This document shows, piece after piece, positions 55,179 through 64,000 of a DNA stretch of 64,000 nt. How positions within the stretch are numbered: position 1 is the first letter of the stretch; each line of letters opens with the position of its first letter. Both the position numbers and the translations under genes were made by a program. The stretch comes from Azolla caroliniana. Lineage: Eukaryota > Plantae > Polypodiophyta. The notes beneath the pieces are model-generated. The model searched no databases. It was not told where the DNA came from and saw only the letters and a program-made list of their open reading frames with translations. Location of the stretch: the NCBI GenBank assembly GCA_043228905.1, contig JBHGNT010000004.1, positions 3,224,001 to 3,288,000 on the forward strand. The letters run 5' to 3'.

Positions 55179-56880
55179 TGTAACGAACGCTCATAACTCA
55201 TTCGTTTGGAAGCCAAATATAATGTGTAAATATGGGTTGGAAAGCTTATGAAGAGAGCTATCTATAGCTTTTTAAATATCTAAATTTAGAGCTTGGACGA
55301 GGGAGATATGACGATTTGAAGATCATTGTGTCATAAATAAGAATAGGACTCGATGAAAACTCTAAAAAAAGCATAAAAAAGAAAACAAGGGAAGCTTATC
55401 TAGGGGAAGAGAACTTTATATAAAGGAAGAAGAGTAAGGTGGTAAGAGAGTCTCTTTCTTGTGATGTATTCTTGCCTATTCACGTAGTGTTGGTTGAGTT
55501 GTTATCAATTTATCCTTGTAGACTTGGATTTATGTATCTTCTTTCTCTCTTCCTTCCATCATAATTATTCATTAGCAATAGATCTTTATGGTTTTGGGCC
55601 TGTTTATCTTCCTTATCTCTCCTTTCTATCATCTCTACCTCATCATAACAGGTCTCCATTCTTGGGGTTTCCCCTTTCACTAGTGTATTAAGAGCTCTCA
55701 CTTTATCCCAGACATCGCATGAACTCTCACATACATCACATGCATTCTTATTCAAGCACTTATATAAGGAGAAGGAAGGGAAGCATGTACGTAATTTTGA
55801 AATAATCCCAAAGTTAAAGATCCATCAATTGGTAGAGTTGCTCATATGCTAATGAAACAGTAACAACAATACCGAAAACAAAAATTGTCGTAGCTACCGA
55901 ACTTTGAAATGGATTTTGAAATTTGTTAACATTCTCAATGAAGGGTACTGTTAACAAACCTATGGATACAACCGCCATCAAAAGTACATTTAATAATTTA
56001 TTTGGAACGGTACAAAGTATTTGGAACATGGGGAAAATATACCACTCGTGTGATATTTCCAACGGAGTTGCAAAAGGATTGGCTGGTTTACCAATCAATG
56101 ATGGTTTTAGAACTACTAAACCCACGATACAAGCCAGAAGAAAAATACAGTCATTAATAATTAAGGGATCAAGTTAGCTCATCTAGAAGGTTTCTCATCT
56201 CTCAAGATTGAAGTCAAGGGTTCAAGTCGAAGTTTGGTAGAGTAAAGTGTCATCCTTATGCTTAAATATTATAACTTTGATAAATTCTTGTATTCACAAT
56301 TAAATAAAGTATATTTTCATCATATACATTTTGCTTTATGAATCATACACTATACCATCTCTTGTCCATGCTCATCTCTCTCCCTTTTTGTTACAAACTC
56401 TCCTCTTTTGTAACCTTGGCGATTCAATACATCGATCACGAACTCTATGGCAAAATTTGGTGAACCCAATGTCAAGTGAGTCTCCGATAGAAGAAATGGT
56501 TGAGTGTGGCTTCAATGTAGACATGGTCAACTCCATTATGACCATGACAAGCCGATTGATACAAGAGAAAATTGTGGCTAAACGATTGGAAAGAGAGTTG
56601 ACACTTGTTGTACAGTTGGTTATTCAGAAGATTGGTCAATTCAATGGTGACGACATCACAAGATTTTTGGAGGTTTATATGTACGAAATGGCCAAAAAAG
56701 GTGTAGTTGGGCTACACACGGTGACTCAATCTAATAGAGTAGTGACTTTAAATGTTCAAGTAAAGGTAGTGGAATTTCAAGAAATATTTCATGTAGATTG
56801 GAATGGATTTCATCAAGCATTGAACTAGATGAGTATATATTCTTGACGACCATACTAGATTCACGAAGAAGACTTTTCTT
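55179..56880 (+). mobile_element. LTR-retrotransposon remnant: probable LTR (~55179-56395) followed by decayed gag
   Basis: TGTAAC...GTTACA ends, TATATAA at ~55417, gag-like KIGQFNGDDITRFLEVY in ORF 56331-56828; boundaries uncertain. Confidence 0.55.
55797..56130 (-). pseudogene. petD: Nuclear plastid DNA fragment (NUPT): 3' part of petD
   Basis: [31 protein letters not shown]...[17 protein letters not shown], then frameshifted [14 protein letters not shown]. Confidence 0.93.
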
Positions 56881-57939
56881 GTTAAGAGTCTATTACTAAT
56901 CAATAGACCAAACTAAAGTAAAAGAAGGAAAATAGATTGGATAGAAGAACCCGTTCCACCTGACCACCCCTGAGCTATGATCTAGACATAACCAACCTAC
57001 CATCGATGTCCCATACTGCCGGATATTAGAATGACTAATACCTTGGAAGAGATAAACACGATATTCGAGACGAAAGCCTAGCCCGCAGCATTGGTTTCTA
57101 AGACAACAACCTTCCGACGTAATGTGCTTATGAGGGTAGCTAAGCCTCATATTTATACCTTTTCCTAGGCCCCTTCAATAGATGTGCCTTTCTAAAAGGC
57201 TCTCCATTCATTGGTTGTCCAAATCATGATAGTGCATGCACCTATCATTCCTTCTATCCAATCACATTAGTCCCCTTTTTAACATTAGTGAACATACCCT
57301 TCACTTATGTAAATATTAGTGACCTACCCTCACCTACGTTATGTGTACATAACATTTCTCAAGTGGATTGAGAAAGGGGTATTGAATGGACCATTCATGT
57401 AGAAGAGAAGAGAAAAAGAACAGGTGAAGTTGGTCCTTCTTAACAAGAAAGCAAGAAAAAAGGAAGAGAAATAAAGAAAGTCGCTAGGAAGAAAAGTCAA
57501 AGCAGAAAGAAACCTCGACATTTAAGCTAACCTCGTACATAGAGACTACTATTGACATTATTAAGAAAACTTTTAGAAACTAGAATTTTTCATAGGAAGA
57601 TAGAGCTTACTCTGAAGGAACTGTTAAGAATCCCGAAGAAAAAGGCAAGTGTGAGGTTCTAATTGATAAGATCTAAAGAAAGAGGCAAGTGACAAGTGAA
57701 GCAAGAGGAGTTATAAAGAAGCTGCATTATTAGCTAGAGTAAGGGATGCAAATAAAGATATCCATCAAGATGAAAACCAAAGCCATTACACTTGTGTTCA
57801 TTGGGCTCAGGCGACGATAGAGACCCCTATCAAGATTTGGGAAATGATGGAATCTTGTATTGGATTGATTGACCATGGTTTCGAAATTTGTATAATGTGT
57901 AAAGAATTGAGTGTATGATTTTGTGCAGTGGAATAGGAA

Positions 57940-57947
57940 TGTGTGTA

Positions 57948-58028
<81 letters not shown>
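57940..58028. repeat. (GT)n(GA)n compound microsatellite
   Basis: Read directly. Confidence 0.95.
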
Positions 58029-58030
<2 letters not shown>

Positions 58031-58509
58031 TTAATGTCTTCTGAGGCCAAAATTGGCCCATGAGATAATTGGTTTACTACAAAATAGGGTGTTTACCCAA
58101 TCATCAAAAATAAATAAAAATAAAAATAACAACATATTCTATGAAGGAAATGACTTTGTACTAGGCCTAGTTTCATTTCCAACTCAAGTCTCTCAAAAAG
58201 AAGCGGGAGGTCAAAGGGTGTCAATTTGGGTGTGACCCGTGGTCTCGATGTAGAAGGTACCCTAACCATGGCTTCTAGGTGGTGTAGCTCATGTTCCCTT
58301 ATTTTCTTAATTGCTTCACACCATGTCAAGTTGCTTTGAAACCCAACATCCGAGGCCGTTTGGTTCTTCTTTGGTTTTCTGCTTCATCAACAAAGAGGCC
58401 GAGTGGTGCATGTGTGTCCACATTCCTCGTACTATCCCCTTATCCTTGAAAAAATTCATTGGTTACATGTTGGTGAATATTAGAAAAGTTATTGTTAACA
58501 TTTTGTAGT

Positions 58510-61506
58510 TTATTTTCTCTATGTTGTTTTAGCTCTAAGATATATCTACATAATTTCTTCATGTCTAGAGTATCTAATAGTTTGGAGAGGGTGGGAGAGG
58601 GTCCGAGTATGTCTTGGTATTTTTCCCTTATCTCGGCGTAAGTTGGACACTTGCATGTAAAGTGGTACTCATCTTCTATCTCAATGTGACATAATCTACA
58701 TTCCTTTCCTCTCTAGGGACTCCATTAGTACGACCATTGTCAATCTCAAGTTGGTGAAATGATATTCTTAAGTTGTCCAATGGCAACCCTTAGTGCATTT
58801 GGTAAGAATGTATCTAGATATTTTGGTTATGTAATAAAATCTAACTTAGAGAAGTGCATGAAGTGTGCCTTATAGTACAACATTTTAGATGGGAGTGGTT
58901 CTAGTGGGGTGATCCATTTGTATCGAGTGTAAAATTTCCATATTTCTTGGCGTATTACTTTATTATGATCCTCATGAGAATTAAGTTTGATCAATGTCGT
59001 GGTTGTACTTAAGGGGAGGTAGGTTATTAATGTCTAGTCCGTTTGCAAGAAGCCAAATCACCATCATGATATACCAAGAGCTAGTATATCCGGACTCATA
59101 GAGTGATCGAGATGCATCAAAAGCTTGACGAGATATCCTATATTGTGGTTGGCTATGTATCCTATGAATAAAGACTACAACTTGAGAAAGTGCTTCTACT
59201 AACATCAGGGGTAAAGTGAACTCAACTCTAATAATGTCATGTGGTACTGTTGATTTGCTTCGGAGTTGACGTGATAACATCATCACCAGTGGTCTCTCTA
59301 ATTGTGTCCACATGAAAGATGGTAGCCTTGGAGCCCAAACCACCGATGCATACATGAGCGAAGGGGTCACTAATGAGTTGAAGAGCCACCCCTTAGTCCG
59401 TGGCTCTTGAAAGTATGTCTGGTGGCATTGTCTCTCTAAGAGTGAGAGGGGTGCATATCCTCTCATAAGTCTATCTTTGAATGCGTGTGTCATCGAAAAT
59501 TTACCTGAGTGGGCACTGAAAGTGACTCCAAGATATACATATGATCCAACTACCTCAACTGGTCTATGAGAGAGGGTTAGGTGACACTTAGTTCTAACTC
59601 GAGCCGATGTGTGAAAGGTAAGGACTTTAGTTTTCCCTAGATTTACTACCAATCCTGGTTGTGTGCAAAAGTCATATAAGGCATTAAGGTGCCTTTGTAA
59701 GTCGTGTTCAGACTTAGATATCAAAACCATTTCATCTGCATAGAGCAAGATACTAACTTGCATACCCCCAAGGACTACTACATTGCCTCCCTTACGAGCA
59801 ATAAAATCCATGATCTCATCAATGTAGATCCCAAATAGAATTGGTGATAGGGGCAACCTTGTTTTACACCAATGGTTCTAGTGAAGCAATTGGATAGGCC
59901 ACCTGGGCATCGTACACACTCGTAGACTTGCTCATATAGTGCATAGATGGCCCAAATCATGTCATTTGGTATCTCCAAGCTTTTAAGCCTATCAAACAAC
60001 CGCTCTCTTGGGACTCTATCAAAGGCTTTGTGGAAGTCCACAGAACAACAATATAATTTCTTTTTTGCGAGCCTTTGTTTGGTCAATTAAGCATCTAAGT
60101 GTGAAGATACGGTCAATAGTAGAGAAGGCTCGTTTAAAGCCAGCCTAATCGGGTGCTTGAAGAATTAAGGTCTCCATATAATTGCTGAGCTTTGCTTCCA
60201 TTACTACACCATATAAATTAGCGAGAGTATGACCTATCATAATGGTCCTATATGTATTTGGGTCCATGGGGTTACCTCCTTTATGTATGCGGGCCACTAT
60301 ATTCATAGCCCACTATGGTGGAAAACCCTCTGCGAGGGCACGATTGAAGATTAGAGTTAGAAAAGGAGCTAGGCACTCTCACGCATATATGATGTGTTCT
60401 ACTCGCAATCCTAGGTGGTCCATGGACTTCCTATGTTATAATTTCTTTATTACCTTCGTGACCCTAGAGGTCGTGAAAAGTGTCCCCATGGTAGGTCGGG
60501 GTGTAGAAGGCATGGGAATGGGTGGTTGGTTCGAGACTTGGTAAACTTTCTTTGTATATGTGTGCCAAATGTTGGGATCCTCGATGGGTGTTTGTGGTCT
60601 TGGTTCTTGTAGTCTCTTCCATGCAGTGGCGCAATCGTTACTCATGAGCATATGGTAGAGTTCCCAATATTGAGATGTCTCATATGCTTGTCTCTTACGA
60701 CGTGTCATCTTGCACATTTCATTACAAGCTTGTATTGAGGTAATAGTACCACTAAGTCAAGATACTTTACGTTGTCTATATAATTCTCTACAATCCTCAT
60801 CATACCATCTATTCCATGGCATAGACCCTATCTTACCTTGATTGGAGTGTTTCTTGGATAGGAAACTGCTAATTGTTGTGGAGTTAAGGATGTGTGTGAG
60901 TTCCATAATAAGATTTTTAAAATCAAGGAGGGAATCAAGAGAGGAGATATGGGCCTAAACATGTCGAGAGTAGATGTCAAAGAGCTCATGTGTGAAATCT
61001 ATTGTGGTGTGATAGCTTGGTCGACTAGATTTGGTGGCATTGGAGATATTGCATTTTAGCTCAAAGTATAAGAAACTATGGTTCGCGCCAATATGATGTG
61101 GGGCTATCCGGAAGGAGTTCATAATGTGGATAGATTTAGGGCCCTATTAGATAATCAACCGTGCTTTCCCCTCCTCCATATGGGAAACATGTGAGCTCTT
61201 CCGAGCTTGGCCACTTGGCCAAACCATTATATATGATCATTGGTGACGACTGCCAAGTTCAAGCAAATGATGGCCAAAGCTCGTGGCGTCTGCATCTTGA
61301 TCTTTTGATCTACGTGTGATGCCTATGGCTAAAGGATCGACATTTACCATTTCTAGGTTTCTATCCATCTGAAATATAATTGTGCATTGGCAAGTTTGGG
61401 TTCTCGAATTGAAATCTCCTACAAGGAAGACTTCTCCTTGAGAAGAATATCAGATTATGTCATCCGATAAAGGTTGGAAGGATCACACATTCCACTTTTA
61501 GATTCC
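58510..61506 (-). mobile_element. Decayed 5'-truncated LINE (APE endonuclease plus RT; RTE/RTEX-like by inference)
   Basis: VFLVGDFNSR, TVDY, QAGF-like, VDFHKAFDRVPR, GVKQGCP/LSPILF, LLYADE, YVYLGV, C-terminal CRLC...EDEYHF..KCP; candidate TSD TTTTGTAGT at 58501-58509 and 61507-61515. Confidence 0.92.
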
Positions 61507-62166
61507 TTTTGTAGTAGTAAAAATTTAGACTATTGTGAAATATTGGGCGGCACCAGTATCACATGATCAACCACCTATATAAAATTTGCTAAAGTATTAA
61601 TATGTAACAACTCTCTAAATATAGAACATGTAGTTTTCAAGAGAATATTTAAAGTCGATGATCTCCGCTTCCACAATGTATTTAAATTTAAGAATATCAC
61701 AATGGTGGTCTCATTTGACACAAGTTAATTTTGTAGAACAATATTATTAAACTAGAAATTCTTTTTTGTAAGTTGGAGTGTGAAAGTTCTTATGCTAATT
61801 TATCTATCCCCTAGAGGTGTATGTGCTAGAGGAGGAAGTGATATCTACATATTAGTGATTACAGTTGATTCAAATTAATCCTTAATAGATCTTGGAGGAC
61901 ATAATGCCAAAGGTATATGTTTGTGAAAACCCAAGCTAATTATACATATAAATGGTGCTGAGAAATATTCGTTTTGATTGTGTTTACCATAAAATAGATA
62001 CACTCAAACACGCATGGTAACTATTCGTCCATAAACATGCTCAATAATTAAGAGCCAAAATAGAGACAACATTCAATTGTCAACAGTGAACCATACATTA
62101 AAATGTGTATAAGAAGAAACACACATAAACCTTGAAGAAAGAGGACACACCCATACATACCAAGAG

Positions 62167-64000
62167 GTACTCACGAGAGGCAAGCTCAAAACGTTCTGTA
62201 TCTGCTATATGCTTAGCCCCTACCTCCTCGTCTTGATCAGGGCATTCCCATAGTGCTCTAAGCCTCATACTTATGAAGTTCACCTACTCGTCATCCTTCT
62301 TCAATGCAATAGAATTGTGGAAAAGTTTCAATGCACATGCAGATGTAGCACCTAACATCGATTAAAATATAAGAATGATTCACATAGTAATTCAACAATA
62401 TAATTTGTTTCATCAAGCATTTGAAAACATACGCGTGCCAGAAAACAAATCTAATATCAAATCATCTTCATTAGAGAACATTTCTACCAGGCACATCATT
62501 AGTCGTTGAGGCTTTTGATAGGGATTGACAAGTCCATGCTCAATCGTCGTGACATGTTGCAATTTACATGTGACAGTTAGGTACACTAGCAGATTTGAGC
62601 ATCCCACCTCATTTGAGTGTTCCTTTATTCAAGTTTGTTTCTTGATCTCGTCATAATAACCAATGGTTATATATTCCATCGCATTCACGAACCGAAAAGT
62701 CGGTCCTCTATTTACGTTGGTTTTAATTTTGTTAATGGAAAAAAGAAGTTATGAGAAGACAATAATTGATCTAGATGTTTTATACACGAATCTTAGGAAA
62801 TCATATTTGAATTCATTACAAGCACTCAATAGATCTGTACCAAGCAAGGTTCTCTATTCCATGTCAACAAGACCTGAATGCTTGAGCCACAAAATATCCT
62901 TGGTTCATGCTATGAAATATAACTATTCTCCACAAGGATGTGGTGGTCAAGTCGGCAAAATATTTAACCATTTTCTCTAACAACATAAACCTAAAAGGTA
63001 CATTGTCATATGTTGATCCAGCCATATGAAAACCATATGGAATATCTGCTATTAACAAATTTTGGGTAGAAACTGGATCATATCAGCTACATCACCGCAA
63101 TAAACATTATCATATAAATATCTGGCTATGTCTTTCTTGTGGTTGAACTTCTTGAAGGTGCCATCGTCATCAACATCAAACACTTTCACCAAGTGCATGT
63201 CCTTTTCCTTTCGAGCCCTTTCACGATGTGCAAGAAAGGAGGTTGTGAAATTATGAATATCTTTAACCTCACCGGGCCTCTTACGTCGACATGGTTTCTA
63301 AATGAAACAACACAGTAACAAAGAAATTGTTAATGCCTTTAATATTGGTTAAAGGGAATGTCAAATTAAAGAGAAATACTAACCCAATCCTTAAATGTAA
63401 TGAAGTATTATAATAGCACAGTGTAAGAAGATGTTATCGGATATTCCTTGGTCATTTGTTCCCACGATAAGCAACCAAGTTGCTTCATCATCACTTCTTG
63501 TATTTCATATACACCTTGTGGCTAGAGAACAAAAAACCAACATTAGAAATATGTTACCATTTCAAGAGAAAACCCATAATTATTATTCTTGAAATAGTAG
63601 AACTTACTTGTTGAACTCAATGACCTTTTCTTCCAAGCTTAGCTCCTTAGCCATGACTCTAGCCATTACAGATATAAGAAGCTGCTCTTCTTTGATTCCT
63701 GACATCAACCTGAAAACTATGCACAATGAAATGTTCTCAAAGGTTGAAATATATTGTTCTCAAAGGTTTCTTTTGAAGCCCAACATTTGTCTTTGCATTC
63801 TAATAGTCAGGTTAGCTATGGACATTGAATGTCACTCAAATCAAAACACTACATGCAAGGTACAATGTAAATACATTACCTTTCCTACAATCGTACTTTG
63901 AAAGTAATTATCAATGAGCAAATATTATATGTTACAAGAATTGAATGGCACAAAGAAAAGCAAGGAACTCTTAATGAAATCATCAAATGCAATTCAATAA
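62167..64000 (-). pseudogene. Intron-containing beta-class N6-adenine/N4-cytosine DNA methyltransferase gene with N-terminal extension; decayed and cut by the window edge
   Basis: In order: VYCGDVADMIQFLP (63105), LLIADIPYG (63046-63035), W.K.N...RFVNAME, NPYQKPQRLM, DLILDLFSGT (62451-62434), intron, ATSACALKL..NSIALKKD; GT-AG introns; in-frame stops and frameshifts. Confidence 0.85.

Noticed and set aside
55814-56125. Functional nuclear petD gene
   Set aside because: N-terminus missing, no transit peptide, conserved residues substituted, frameshifted C-terminus
58981-59856. 291-aa ORF as a host gene or active RT
   Set aside because: Fragment of a frameshifted LINE ORF; YADD reads YADE

Overview
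AT-rich plant nuclear DNA with spliceosomal introns; a seedless plant such as a fern is my inference from gene and repeat style. Five intact-looking multi-exon genes could be assembled by hand: SnRK1 beta-gamma subunit SNF4 (12870-20885 +), an SDR oxidoreductase (22278-27620 -), mitochondrial ribosomal protein L21 (33622-35335 +) and two GDSL lipases in a recent tandem duplication (37703-42040 - and 47722-50450 -). Intergenic DNA is nested transposon debris: a hAT element with intact TIRs and 8-bp TSD, two hAT-type MITEs, two decayed LINEs, LTR-retrotransposon remnants, a plastid petD fragment and an LSU rRNA fragment. The most unusual item is an intron-containing, decayed bacterial-type beta-class N6-adenine/N4-cytosine DNA methyltransferase gene (about 62167-64000 -). 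Pieces of it recur inside a hAT MITE (45052-45104) and fused to a hAT-like C-terminal remnant (53563-53851), suggesting a transposon-associated amino-methyltransferase family. Family assignments rest on motif recognition only; no searches were run.
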